Positions 10,305 to 19,713 of a stretch of 64,000 nucleotides of DNA are shown here, one piece after another. Each line of letters opens with the position of its first letter. Positions within the stretch are counted from its first letter, which is position 1. The position numbers and the translations under genes are program-made. Origin of the DNA: a virus (Duplodnaviria; Caudoviricetes); the IMG/VR virus record IMGVR_UViG_3300005805_000073, positions 12,234 through 76,233 of that record, one strand, 5' to 3'. The notes under the pieces are model-generated. The model ran no database searches. It saw only the letters and a list, made by a program, of their open reading frames with translations, and was not told the DNA's origin.

Positions 10305-11042
10305 TTAATAGGGAGCTTGATTATATGCTGTGATGAACTGTTGTAGAAATACGGGTTCAATTAATTTAATGTTGCGCTTAGCTTCATTTTTTTCTGTCTC
10401 ATATTCGTATATAGACACAGAATATATATCACCATTGGTAGCCAATACAGCATCGTAATCCACAACATATCCTGTTGTTGTATCACGCCATTCATACACA
10501 TCACTAGAAAGATTGTCTGGATATTTCAAATCAATCATGTCAGTAAGTTGACGTTCAGATAAAGGCCATTCTTCTCTTGGGTCTGTGATTTCATTAATAA
10601 TGAGAATGACCCAATGATATAAAGGTGTACCATAAAACTTGTACGATACATTTTCAGGTGTATCACCATCAGATACCACATAAGGAACTAGAATTGTGGA
10701 TTTTTCCAAATATTTTTTTGTAGGTTGAATTCTAACCAATATATCCGTCATTGTGATGGGACTACCTAAATCACTTTTTATAAAATTTCTTACTGTGGCC
10801 ACACCTGAATATGCCTCTGCTTCTTCTTCAAGATAACATTTAGTATCAGTATCAATTCTAGAAATCATACCCACCATAATATCATTTACATATAATTCTG
10901 CACCAGGTGTTATTTCTCTAATAAACAAGGTGTTTGTTCCTGTAATTATTTTTCCAGAAATAGAAATGGTACCTGTTAACGTACTATCCGTTCCTGTGAA
11001 TTCTGAAACAGGGACTATAATTTGAGGTAAATTACGCAACAT
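10305..11042 (-). CDS. gp53: Baseplate wedge subunit gp53 with N-terminal beta-rich insertion
   Basis: YVVSDGDTPENVSYKFYGTPLYHWVILIINEITDPREEWPLS and YEYETEKNEAKRNIKLI motifs. Confidence 0.88.
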   Translation of the reverse strand: MLRNLPQIIVPVSEFTGTDSTLTGTISISGKIITGTNTLFIREITPGAELYVNDIMVGMISRIDTDTKCYLEEEAEAYSGVATVRNFIKSDLGSPITMTDILVRIQPTKKYLEKSTILVPYVVSDGDTPENVSYKFYGTPLYHWVILIINEITDPREEWPLSERQLTDMIDLKYPDNLSSDVYEWRDTTTGYVVDYDAVLATNGDIYSVSIYEYETEKNEAKRNIKLIEPVFLQQFITAYNQAPY

Positions 11043-12103
11043 TATAGATTCTCATTGGCTACACGGTCGCCTGTGATAGGTACGATTTCTCGGAATGTTA
11101 AGCTCATCACAATATCAGCTGGAACACCGCCACTGTTTTTAAATGTAACAAAGTCTTGTCCCCCATATTTTACTGTCATATTGGTTAACACACAATCACT
11201 AAATTGATGAACATGAGTATTTACCGATCCTTGGTACATATAATATAAGGAAAATTCTGAAGGATAGATAAGATAAAAGGCATTTTCTGCCACTTCAGGT
11301 AACATATTTTGACGTAAAATTTTTATAATTTGTAAAGCATTTTGAGCTTCAGCTACACTGCCGGGAAGAAAAGTATACTCAAAAGTAAAGGTACGAAATT
11401 CAACTTGTTTGAAAATTTGTTCACGATAAGGATTTTTAATCTTACCAAGTCCTTTAGTGACGGCAGCACGTTGTGCGGCAGCATCCGCCTGTGTTAATAA
11501 TTCTCCTTTTTTACTTGGATTAATTTTATCTAACATGGCTTCACCTGCTATACCTTTGGCAATATTGAATGCACCTATTTTTCCCCCGGATAATACAGCA
11601 CCTAAAGCTTGTTCTTCCCAAGTAGCGGAATATTCAGCTCTAGGGGGTTCTTGTAATCCTAGACATATGGATTTTGCTAAGGTTGTTAACTGATTACTAC
11701 CTGAAATCGCTGCTGCACCTAATCCAGCAAGAGCTCTACCACCTTTAGCTAGTAAATTTCCTGTAACTATTTTTTCTGTTAAAGAACCACCCCCAGCAGC
11801 AGATGCTCCTACGATAGCGGCAGTAGTTCCTGCATTTCCAGCATCTGCACGGCGTGCACTAGTTTCTGTATAAGTTCCGCCGGTGGTTCCTCCACCTCTG
11901 GCTTGACTATTCTGTTCTCGAACACGGATAAGAATTTTCAACCAATGAGGTTGTTCTGGTGTTCCTACACCTTCAGGATATCGAAGCTGTTCAGTTGAAC
12001 GTGATGTGGATGCTCCTTCTTGATACCTAGGCTGACTGGCAACTGAGGCATCTTGTGAGCTTACACCATTAGGTCCCGGTGCGGCAGGAGTTTGATTAGC
12101 CAT
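11042..12103 (-). CDS. gp48: Baseplate tail-tube cap gp48
   Basis: NPYREQIFKQVEFRTFTFEYTFLP..LIYPSEF..CVLTNMTVKY..LTFREI motif. Confidence 0.85.
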   Translation of the reverse strand: MANQTPAAPGPNGVSSQDASVASQPRYQEGASTSRSTEQLRYPEGVGTPEQPHWLKILIRVREQNSQARGGGTTGGTYTETSARRADAGNAGTTAAIVGASAAGGGSLTEKIVTGNLLAKGGRALAGLGAAAISGSNQLTTLAKSICLGLQEPPRAEYSATWEEQALGAVLSGGKIGAFNIAKGIAGEAMLDKINPSKKGELLTQADAAAQRAAVTKGLGKIKNPYREQIFKQVEFRTFTFEYTFLPGSVAEAQNALQIIKILRQNMLPEVAENAFYLIYPSEFSLYYMYQGSVNTHVHQFSDCVLTNMTVKYGGQDFVTFKNSGGVPADIVMSLTFREIVPITGDRVANENL

Positions 12104-12133
12104 CTAAATATTCCTATATGGAGTGTTACCAAT

Positions 12134-12141
12134 TATTTATA
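12134..12141 (-). promoter_or_regulatory. Late promoter TATAAATA for the gp48-gp6 operon (a divergent CTAAATA-type element lies at about 12104-12111 on +)
   Basis: Exact motif in the divergent gp48/gp4 gap. Confidence 0.7.
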
Positions 12142-12608
12142 TGGCCTATACGAAAGATACCTATCGAGGACGATACGTTCCTAAAAATCCACACAAATAT
12201 CGTGGAGATGTCACCAATATTGTATATCGTTCAAGTTATGAAGTACGATTCATGAAATGGTGTGACTATAATGAAGGGGTAATGGAATGGGGTTCAGAGG
12301 AGATTGTGGTCCCCTATCTGAACCCCATGGACAGAAAAATTCACAGATATTTTGTGGACTTCTTCATCAAGATTAAGACGAAAGATGGTAAGTTGAAGAA
12401 GTATTTAATAGAGGTGAAACCATTTCGTTTCACACAAGAACCTCAAATCCCTAAAAGGAAAACTCAACGTTTCATGAGTGAGGTTGTACAATGGGCTGTA
12501 AATAATGCAAAATGGGATGCGGCCCGTAAAGCGGCTTCACAACATGGATGGGAGTTTATGCTCATCACAGAGAAAGACTTGGGTGTTTTACAAAACTCAG
12601 ATAAATAG
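12141..12608 (+). CDS. gp4: Head completion protein gp4 (TnsA-like nuclease fold)
   Basis: YRGRYVPKNPHKYRGD..YRSSYE..WGSEEIVVPY..HRYFVDF..EVKP..NNAKWDAA; start moved to the ATG at 12141. Confidence 0.93.
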   Translation: MAYTKDTYRGRYVPKNPHKYRGDVTNIVYRSSYEVRFMKWCDYNEGVMEWGSEEIVVPYLNPMDRKIHRYFVDFFIKIKTKDGKLKKYLIEVKPFRFTQEPQIPKRKTQRFMSEVVQWAVNNAKWDAARKAASQHGWEFMLITEKDLGVLQNSDK

Positions 12609-12690
12609 TAAGAGTATTTTTACTTCATCCCCAACATAGTGATTTTAACACCTTGTCAAGCCCTAGTCAAGCCCCCAATTTCACCACTTT

Positions 12691-13272
12691 ATGAAAACTA
12701 ATAATCCCTTTGAAGCTCTACGTACCGGAAGTAAGGAAAAGAAATCCTATCAATGGTATCAAGCTCAAATTAGAAAATTAGGATTGAACAGTTTAACACC
12801 TGAAAAGACTTTGGACTCTGGTATAGGAAAACTAGTGGCTAAGGTTGAAATAGGAAAAATGTACTTGTTCATGTATAGTCCAAAGATGTTCAAGACACTT
12901 CCTTACTATGATGAATTTCCATTGGTGATGCCATTCAATGCCATTAAAGGAGGATTTGCTGGGTTGAACCTTCACTATATTCCCCCTTTATTACGCATGA
13001 AACTTTTAGATAGTTTGTTGAAGTTGAGTGACACCCCCGCGTTAACTAAAACAACAAAACTCAGAATGACTTGGGATATTGTGGGGAATTTTTCTCGCTT
13101 TCCTGAAACAAGAGCCTGTGTGAAACGATATCTTTTACCAAATGTACAATCTCGGTTTCTTGAAATAAATCCACAAGATTGGAAAGCTGCTATACTTCTT
13201 CCTGTTGAATCCTTCCAAAATGAAACAAAGTCAAACGTGTATCAAATTTCAAGAGAGCTTATAGATGCTTAA
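12691..13272 (+). CDS. gp2: DNA end protector protein gp2
   Basis: GKMYLFMYSPK..LPYYDEFPLV..GLNLHYIPP..CVKRYL motif. Confidence 0.9.
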   Translation: MKTNNPFEALRTGSKEKKSYQWYQAQIRKLGLNSLTPEKTLDSGIGKLVAKVEIGKMYLFMYSPKMFKTLPYYDEFPLVMPFNAIKGGFAGLNLHYIPPLLRMKLLDSLLKLSDTPALTKTTKLRMTWDIVGNFSRFPETRACVKRYLLPNVQSRFLEINPQDWKAAILLPVESFQNETKSNVYQISRELIDA

Positions 13273-13284
13273 TGGAGACATGAA

Positions 13285-13851
13285 ATGTCAATAGAACAAT
13301 TTCTCACCGTTGTTCGTAGTAAAGGATTGGCCCGTGTTGAGAAATTTTCAGCCAGAATATATCCTCCTGCATCATTGACAGCTGCAGGACCTGAAAATGA
13401 CACACTGATGTTGATGTGTGAAGAGGCCGCCTTTCCTGGAAAAACTGTTCTAACCAGAGCCGCCCGTATCCACAATTTAAATATACAACGTCCTTCTACT
13501 GTAGATTTCTTTGGTGAATCAGCCAACTTCACCTTCTTTATGGATTCTGAATGGAAAGTGAAAACATTCTTTGATAACTGGATGGATACAATTATTGGAA
13601 CATCCCGTGAGGTGTCCCCTTATAATGATATCATAGGAAATGTAGAAATTTATGCTGTACATGAAGGTGCTATAGGAGAAGATACATCAACCGCCTATAA
13701 AGAAACAATTCGTTATAAAATAAAATTACATGAAGCATTTCCTAAATCAATGAACTTAATGCAGGTGTCATATTCTACACCAGGTATTCATCGGTTAAAC
13801 GTGGGATTTGCCTATAAATATTGGACTGTTGAAAATTATAACCAGGGTTAA
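13285..13851 (+). CDS. gp54: Baseplate tail-tube initiator gp54 (tube-like fold)
   Basis: MCEEAAFPG..FTFFMD..FFDNWM..LHEAFPKS..LNVGFAYKYW; synteny. Confidence 0.75.
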   Translation: MSIEQFLTVVRSKGLARVEKFSARIYPPASLTAAGPENDTLMLMCEEAAFPGKTVLTRAARIHNLNIQRPSTVDFFGESANFTFFMDSEWKVKTFFDNWMDTIIGTSREVSPYNDIIGNVEIYAVHEGAIGEDTSTAYKETIRYKIKLHEAFPKSMNLMQVSYSTPGIHRLNVGFAYKYWTVENYNQG

Positions 13852-13854
13852 ATT

Positions 13855-14553
13855 ATGAAACTAAATCATTTACCAACATTTGAAACCACATTACCTATCA
13901 CAAAACAACAAATCTCTTTTCGTCCTTTTGTGATGAAAGAAGAAAAATTGTTGTTATTGGCATCAGAAAGTGAGGATAGAGAATCCATTTATCGTGCTTT
14001 AAACGATTCTATTAAAGCATGTACAAATGATGCTGTCTCATGTGATACTCATCCTATGGTTGATGTACAAAAATTATTTCTTGAAATTCGAGGAAAATCT
14101 GTAGGAGAAATCATTGAGTTCAATTTAGTTTGCGGTAACTGTAAACACACAACACCTTCATCATTAGATGTAAATACTGTTGAAGTAAAGTTTGATGAAG
14201 GACATACTAATGTTATCAAGCTTTCAAACGATTTGATTGTGACTATGAGATATCCAAAGCTCAAACATCTTTCAAATCTATCGAATCCTGAAGGATCCAT
14301 TGATGACATCTATGATATGGTAGCTGATTGTATTGAAATTATACAAACCAAGGATGAAGTGTATAATCGTGAGAACGCCTCGAATTCAGACTTTCGTGAA
14401 TTTATTGACAACATCACAAGTGGACAATTTGAAACATTGAAGGAATTTTTTGACACCATGCCAGTGATTCATCATGACATTCGCTTTTCATGTCCAAAAT
14501 GTGCTCGAAACAATTTAGTTAACATCAACGAGATTGTAAATTTTTTCGTCTAA
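13855..14553 (+). CDS. gp26: Baseplate hub subunit gp26
   Basis: LPTFETTLP..FRPFVMKEEKLLL..LEIRGKSVGE..MRYP..FFDTMP..CPKC motif. Confidence 0.9.
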   Translation: MKLNHLPTFETTLPITKQQISFRPFVMKEEKLLLLASESEDRESIYRALNDSIKACTNDAVSCDTHPMVDVQKLFLEIRGKSVGEIIEFNLVCGNCKHTTPSSLDVNTVEVKFDEGHTNVIKLSNDLIVTMRYPKLKHLSNLSNPEGSIDDIYDMVADCIEIIQTKDEVYNRENASNSDFREFIDNITSGQFETLKEFFDTMPVIHHDIRFSCPKCARNNLVNINEIVNFFV

Positions 14554-14603
14554 CTCTTTCTCATGATTCAGTTGTAAATTATTATGAAACCAACTTTATT
14601 TTG

Positions 14604-14729
14604 ATGCAGGAACATCAATATTCTTTAACCGAGCTAGAGAATATGATGCCATGGGAAAGAGATGTGTATATTGGGATGTTGATTCGTCATCTTGAAAAGA
14701 AAGCTCAGAAGAAAAATTCTCAATACTAA
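14604..14729 (+). CDS. gp51: gp51-like baseplate hub assembly protein (41 aa from ATG; frame open back to 14541, see frameshift finding)
   Basis: Hand translation MQEHQYSLTELENMMPWERDVYIGMLIRHLEKKAQKKNSQY carries the MMPWER motif. Confidence 0.8.
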   Translation: MQEHQYSLTELENMMPWERDVYIGMLIRHLEKKAQKKNSQY

Positions 14730-14742
14730 CAGGTAAAGATTC

Positions 14743-17112
14743 ATGGTACAAAAAGGTAAAACTACCAAGACCAAAAGAACACAACAGACAAAAGGTAAGT
14801 CAAAGGACCAACTGGCCCGTGACCTGCAAGCCGGATTGTTAAATAGTTCTCCTGCACATAATATGGAGCGCAATGTTGAGTTTGGTGGAAAAATGACTAC
14901 TAGTATTGGGTCTATAATTGAAAATCTTACTGTAGAAAATGATGTAACACTTTCTGAAGAACAAAATAAATTGTTCCAAGAAATGTTAAAGGCATTAAAA
15001 AAGATTTCTACTAGTACAGGTGATACCTCACGTGACCGTGAAGAATTGCGAACCATGATGGCTAAAATGGTTGTACAAACAGAAAAACAAACAGAACAAT
15101 TACAAAAAGAAGTAGAAAAGAGTGATAAGTCAATAGAAAGCAAGGAAGAAGAAATTCGTTATCTTCAACAATGGCAAGATAAAGCAGAAGAAGATGCTAA
15201 TCTGTCTGAGGATGAGAAAGAGGCTATTAAGAAAGACCTTGAAGGACGAAAGAAAGAACTAGAAGTTTTACAAGCAGAAAAACAAAAACTTCAAAAAACA
15301 AAAGAAAGTCAGGAAAAACTATCCCAAGATATCAAGGGAAAAATGGAAGAACCTGAGCCCAAGAGATTGACATTAAAAGGCGCCATCAAAGGTGACATGA
15401 CCAATATGTTACAGGGTATGATTCCTGGATTGGATTGGACTCCAAAGCCTGGCCAGGGTTATCGGGATATGTTGAAGGGTAATACAAAAGAATTGTTCAC
15501 AGGAAAAGGATTCATGAAAGCATTTAATAGTGTGCTTCTTGAACCAGGTAAACATGCCCCATCAAATGAACAACTAATTGAATCTCAACGTTTGGCATCA
15601 AAGCAAGAAGAAGAATTACAAGGATTACAGGCTAGAATGATAGGAAATGAAGAAAAGAAGCCTGAAACCAGTGGTGCTATAGAACAAGCCACAACAGAAG
15701 CAGCTCCTGAAAGTCTCTTACCAACTCTTACAAGTTTGTTAGAAGAAGTGGCTGTCATCAGAAAGATTGTTGAAGGAAGTTTGGAACGAGATAAGGGTGG
15801 AAAATATCGTAGTACTGACACCGGTGAATATCTTGATAAAGAAAAGGTACGAACTGCAGGAACTGGATTGTACACAAAGAATGAATTGAATCAACAATTA
15901 AGACTTTCTGAAACAGAACTAAAGAAAACAAAAATTGATGAGCTAGAACGTATGGCTGTGGAAGAGGGTCGTATCTCTCCTCTTGAACGAGCCTTGCCTG
16001 AAGAATCTGTTGATGAAGTGGAGGAAGATGTTGTTAAGGGTGAAATAGCAGAACCTACAAAGATGCTCGAAACTCTTGAAGAACAAGGAAAAATTCAGAC
16101 AAAGGTTCTGACAACACTTGAAGAAATTGAAAAAGATACAACAATCAGTGCCAAGGTAGATAAGGAACTTGATGCTGAGAAAGATGCAGATGAATCAACT
16201 TTGGATACCAAAGAAGATAATTTAGTGAAGGGGTCTGTCCAAGCTGAAAAGAAAGAAACGGCAGTTGCTACTATGGAAGGAGGACCCGAATCTCAAGGAG
16301 GGGGTAATCCTCTACTTGATAGATTGAAAAATAGAATCATGAATAGAGTGGGGGCACGTTTAGGAGATATGGCAAAATCTAGAACAGGTATGAGTGGCAG
16401 AGTACTTCGAGGTGCTTCTCGTATGCTAGGTGGCGGAGGAGGAGGCGGATTACGTGCCGCAGGAATGTTAACTAGGGCTGCTCCTTTAGTGACTGGTGCC
16501 GGAACTGCTGCGGCCGGAGGCGCCGCAGCCGCTGGCGGAGCAGCCGCAGCAGGAGGTGCCGCAGCCGCAGGTGGTTTGGCTGCTGGGGGTGCTGCTGCTG
16601 GGGGTGCCGCAGCCGCAGGTGGATTGGCGGCAGGTGCCGGAGGAGCAGCTGCAGCAGGCGGCGCCGCAGCCGCAGGCGGAGCAGCCGCAGCAGGAGGTGG
16701 AGCTATGGCAGCCTTGGGAGGTGCAGCAGCAGCTGCCGCACCGTTTGTGTTAGGAGCTCTGGCTGTAGGGGCCATTGGTTATGGTGCTTACAAATTATGG
16801 CAATGGCGAAAGAAGAAGCGTGAAGAAAAGAAACAACAGGAAGAATTAAAGAAAGCCATGATGCAGGCACAAATTGCACAAGCAAGTCAGATGGCAAACA
16901 ATAAGCCTGCCACAAGTACTGCACAACAAGTTTCTTCTGCAACCGAAGCAGCAACACCTGATATGCCAAGTTCAGGCACATCAACAACCATCAATAATAT
17001 GGGGGTGGCATCAGGAGGCGGCGATCCTATTACACCGCCCGGCCCCACATCGGTTCGTATTCAAGACAATAGTTTCATACGATTCCAAGATAAACGAACA
17101 GCACGGGTATAG
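14743..17112 (+). CDS. Tape-measure/gp29-like protein with coiled coils and a Gly/Ala repeat
   Basis: Position after gp26/gp51; E/K-rich helical sequence; hydrophobic segment APFVLGALAVGAIGYGAYKLWQW. Confidence 0.55.
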   Translation: MVQKGKTTKTKRTQQTKGKSKDQLARDLQAGLLNSSPAHNMERNVEFGGKMTTSIGSIIENLTVENDVTLSEEQNKLFQEMLKALKKISTSTGDTSRDREELRTMMAKMVVQTEKQTEQLQKEVEKSDKSIESKEEEIRYLQQWQDKAEEDANLSEDEKEAIKKDLEGRKKELEVLQAEKQKLQKTKESQEKLSQDIKGKMEEPEPKRLTLKGAIKGDMTNMLQGMIPGLDWTPKPGQGYRDMLKGNTKELFTGKGFMKAFNSVLLEPGKHAPSNEQLIESQRLASKQEEELQGLQARMIGNEEKKPETSGAIEQATTEAAPESLLPTLTSLLEEVAVIRKIVEGSLERDKGGKYRSTDTGEYLDKEKVRTAGTGLYTKNELNQQLRLSETELKKTKIDELERMAVEEGRISPLERALPEESVDEVEEDVVKGEIAEPTKMLETLEEQGKIQTKVLTTLEEIEKDTTISAKVDKELDAEKDADESTLDTKEDNLVKGSVQAEKKETAVATMEGGPESQGGGNPLLDRLKNRIMNRVGARLGDMAKSRTGMSGRVLRGASRMLGGGGGGGLRAAGMLTRAAPLVTGAGTAAAGGAAAAGGAAAAGGAAAAGGLAAGGAAAGGAAAAGGLAAGAGGAAAAGGAAAAGGAAAAGGGAMAALGGAAAAAAPFVLGALAVGAIGYGAYKLWQWRKKKREEKKQQEELKKAMMQAQIAQASQMANNKPATSTAQQVSSATEAATPDMPSSGTSTTINNMGVASGGGDPITPPGPTSVRIQDNSFIRFQDKRTARV
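16490..16745 (+). repeat. GC-rich coding tandem repeat (AAAAGG units)
   Basis: Recurrent gccgcagccgcagg / gcagccgcaggagg units encoding about a dozen imperfect (A)AAAGG repeats. Confidence 0.85.
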
Positions 17113-17115
17113 CAG

Positions 17116-17150
17116 GAAAGGGGGCTTTTTAGGCCCCCTTTCTTTTTTGC
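17116..17150. terminator. Intrinsic terminator between convergent gp29-like and gp32 genes
   Basis: GAAAGGGGGC-7 nt loop-GCCCCCTTTC followed by a T tract on +. Confidence 0.85.
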
Positions 17151-17161
17151 TTTTTATTGAA

Positions 17162-18085
17162 TTAATCTTCAGCTAACTTGCTGAAATAACTCAAGGTGTC
17201 ATCGTCATCATCTTCATCTGCCTTAGAGGTCTTGATGACAGGCGCAGAAGCTGATTTCATCTTAGGTGCTGCTGCAACAGGTTCATCTTCCATACGACTC
17301 TCGGAAATCTTATCGGCTGTCATGGATGATACCGGACTTCCCTTTAACACCATGTCGAGCTTCTTCTTCAATTCTTCATAGCTCTTGAAGTTCTTGGCGT
17401 CCAAGAAGGTTTGAAGGGGATGCTGCTGATTCCAGATGGCCTCGATAGCGGCATCATCATCAGCAATGGCTGACACAGGCTCAAATTCAGACTTATCATA
17501 GTTCCGATATCCTTCAACATTACGAATCTTCAACTTGAAGTTAGCACCCTTCCAGAAATCAAAGGGATTGGTGGGATCCTCATCCTCGAACTGAGGTTGC
17601 ATCACATCCTTAATCTTGTCGAAAATCTTCTTACCAAACTTGTACAAGAACACCTTGCCCTCGTTCTGAGGATTGGCAGAGTCCTTCACAACAAGAATGT
17701 TTGTGATGTAACTCAAACGACGCTTTTGCTTACGAGCAATTTCCTTATTGCTCTCAATGCCAGAGTTCCAAAGTTCTGAATTCAATTCAGATACCGGATC
17801 CGGCTGATTCAATGTGGTCAAGCTGTTCTCAATATACCAGCGACCAGAGGGACCTTGGAATCCATGATTCCATAGACGTACCCAGGGAAGTTCCTCACCC
17901 TTTGTGGGAGGAAGAAAACGAATCACGGCATAACCATTGCCTGCCTTATCAACGGCGGGACTCCAGAAGCGGTCATCTTCCCGGCGTTCGTTCGTTTGTG
18001 GGTTTGCAATCTTTTCCACCTCTTTCATGAGGTTATCGAAGTTGCCACGATTCTTGCGTAAATCAGATAAACTTGTGTAAGACAT
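17162..18085 (-). CDS. gp32: Single-stranded DNA-binding protein gp32
   Basis: DDRFWSPAVDKAGNGYAVIRFLP..GFQGPSGRWYIENSLTT..NPFDFWKGANFKLK..YRNYDKSEF; acidic tail. Confidence 0.97.
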   Translation of the reverse strand: MSYTSLSDLRKNRGNFDNLMKEVEKIANPQTNERREDDRFWSPAVDKAGNGYAVIRFLPPTKGEELPWVRLWNHGFQGPSGRWYIENSLTTLNQPDPVSELNSELWNSGIESNKEIARKQKRRLSYITNILVVKDSANPQNEGKVFLYKFGKKIFDKIKDVMQPQFEDEDPTNPFDFWKGANFKLKIRNVEGYRNYDKSEFEPVSAIADDDAAIEAIWNQQHPLQTFLDAKNFKSYEELKKKLDMVLKGSPVSSMTADKISESRMEDEPVAAAPKMKSASAPVIKTSKADEDDDDDTLSYFSKLAED

Positions 18086-18147
18086 TGTGTTTCTCCTTGT
18101 ATAACGGTGTATGTAAAGTGTATGTTGCGTATGGTACTGCCATAATA

Positions 18148-18336
18148 TTAATACCTATCATCAATCTCATCATATTCTTCGTCTGAATAACTCTCATCAA
18201 AATAATCTTCATCAAATTCAGTGTCAAGCATATCGTAGATTGCCTTACGATGTTTGCCAAACTTATCCCGTTCTACTCTCTTGGGCTTTTTGAAGCTGCG
18301 ATATTCATCTTCTTCCCAATCATTATTTTTACTCAT
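18148..18336 (-). CDS. Small acidic hypothetical protein
   Basis: 62-aa ORF between gp59 and gp32, overlapping the gp59 stop. Confidence 0.6.
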   Translation of the reverse strand: MSKNNDWEEDEYRSFKKPKRVERDKFGKHRKAIYDMLDTEFDEDYFDESYSDEEYDEIDDRY

Positions 18337-18910
18337 AGAAGGCCTTGTGTGTAATCATTGAAAACTTGTCTTTCTCCACTTTGATGAATGGTGAATATTT
18401 GTGTATCATTCGTGAGACAGAATTCCAAACTGGGTCTAACACCAGATGTTCATCTATCTCTATAGTAAATTTATATAGTTTATTTAGAATTACAAGTGTT
18501 TCTAACCGACATTTTTTACCACAATACGCCTTTAATATCACCGGATGTCCCTGAGAACAATTCCATGCATCTTCTATAATGGATACCTGTGTTGCCAAAT
18601 ATTGAATATCCTGCGTGTAACTATATGTTAATCGTTCCTGACTTCTTTTCCAATCAATGTAAATTTCAGGACCTGTGGTTTCAAAAATGCCCCATTCATT
18701 CCCATGTAAAAAATTTGATACCAAATAACCAATAAATTCATCTTGGTCATAGTTATACTGTTTCATCAACATTTCTAGCTTCTTTTTGAAACTTGGTTTT
18801 ACACCTGCTTTAGGTTTACGAGGTGTGATACCACTACGAATATCATAATTATCTGTTGTGAAATGTAATCTAAGAGCAGTGTAAATTTTATAGGCGTCAG
18901 TAACATTCAT
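18329..18910 (-). CDS. gp59: Helicase loader gp59
   Basis: AYKIYTALRLHFTTDNYD..LETLVILNK..KYSPF motif; synteny. Confidence 0.88.
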   Translation of the reverse strand: MNVTDAYKIYTALRLHFTTDNYDIRSGITPRKPKAGVKPSFKKKLEMLMKQYNYDQDEFIGYLVSNFLHGNEWGIFETTGPEIYIDWKRSQERLTYSYTQDIQYLATQVSIIEDAWNCSQGHPVILKAYCGKKCRLETLVILNKLYKFTIEIDEHLVLDPVWNSVSRMIHKYSPFIKVEKDKFSMITHKAFYE

Positions 18911-19176
18911 AAAGGTAGCTTAGATGACTTCTTCAATAAATTCATTTCCTCAGCTTCAGCTTGTATCTTAGCCTTCAATGAGCTAGTAATCATGGTTGCT
19001 ACGGCCACAGGTTCAATACCCTTTTCTTCACAATATTCTATTAGAGCTTCGAAGCATCCAATGTTTCGTCGAATGGCTTCTTTTTCAATATGAATAGAAA
19101 ATTCAACCGAACTTGTGAATTCTCTAGTAATAAGGTATTCAACTGTTAATATTTTAGGGTCTTGCTCATCTGTCAT
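18907..19176 (-). CDS. gp33: Late-transcription coactivator gp33
   Basis: EALIEYCEEKGIEPVAVATMITSSLKAKIQAEAEEMNLL motif. Confidence 0.9.
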   Translation of the reverse strand: MTDEQDPKILTVEYLITREFTSSVEFSIHIEKEAIRRNIGCFEALIEYCEEKGIEPVAVATMITSSLKAKIQAEAEEMNLLKKSSKLPL

Positions 19177-19664
19177 GTTTTAGGCTCGTAGAAAATATGT
19201 CCACCTATACGAACAATGGGTCTTGCAAATGTCCAATTAGGTGACACTTTAGTATTGTGAAAGTATAATGCATTCTCTAAACTAACAACATTCACATCAT
19301 TTGTCAATACCTGTTCGGCAATTTCTTTTGCTTTGGCATATATCTGAGCATTGAAACGTGCCTTAGGCCCGCACGTCCAAGAGAATTGACAACCACGTGG
19401 GTTGCGTTGATATACGACACCACAAATAGTTTTTGGAAAATCAGGATGTCGAACACGGTTCATGGTTACAATGGCGACGGCTAATTTTCCAAGATATGGT
19501 TCAGCGGGTGCTTCGTAATAGATGTTTTTAGCCAAACATTCAACATCTTTTGGATTTAACAATGTAATAGGTTCTAATACAGGAACACGTTCCAATGGTT
19601 TTGCATTAGGTGATAACGCTATGGACACAAATAACAGCAAGGACAAAATAATGAATTTTTTCAT
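19173..19664 (-). CDS. SleB-like cell wall hydrolase (Hydrolase_2) with signal peptide
   Basis: CLAKNIYYEA..GKLAVAIVTMNRV..FPKTICGVVYQ..CQFSW..ALYFH..IGGHIFY. Confidence 0.92.
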   Translation of the reverse strand: MKKFIILSLLLFVSIALSPNAKPLERVPVLEPITLLNPKDVECLAKNIYYEAPAEPYLGKLAVAIVTMNRVRHPDFPKTICGVVYQRNPRGCQFSWTCGPKARFNAQIYAKAKEIAEQVLTNDVNVVSLENALYFHNTKVSPNWTFARPIVRIGGHIFYEPKT

Positions 19665-19684
19665 AATACCTCCTTGTTATAGAA

Positions 19685-19713
19685 ACATACTATAAAGTTT
19701 GGATAATGTCAAG
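19685..19713 (-). promoter_or_regulatory. Sigma70-like promoter for the sleB-gp33-gp59 genes
   Basis: TTGACA-17 nt-TATGTT. Confidence 0.6.

Noticed and set aside
14634-15143. 169-aa minus-strand ORF
   Set aside because: Antisense shadow of gp51 and the tape-measure-like gene.
16293-16775. Pro/Ala-rich minus-strand ORF
   Set aside because: Antisense shadow of the Gly/Ala repeat in the tape-measure-like gene.
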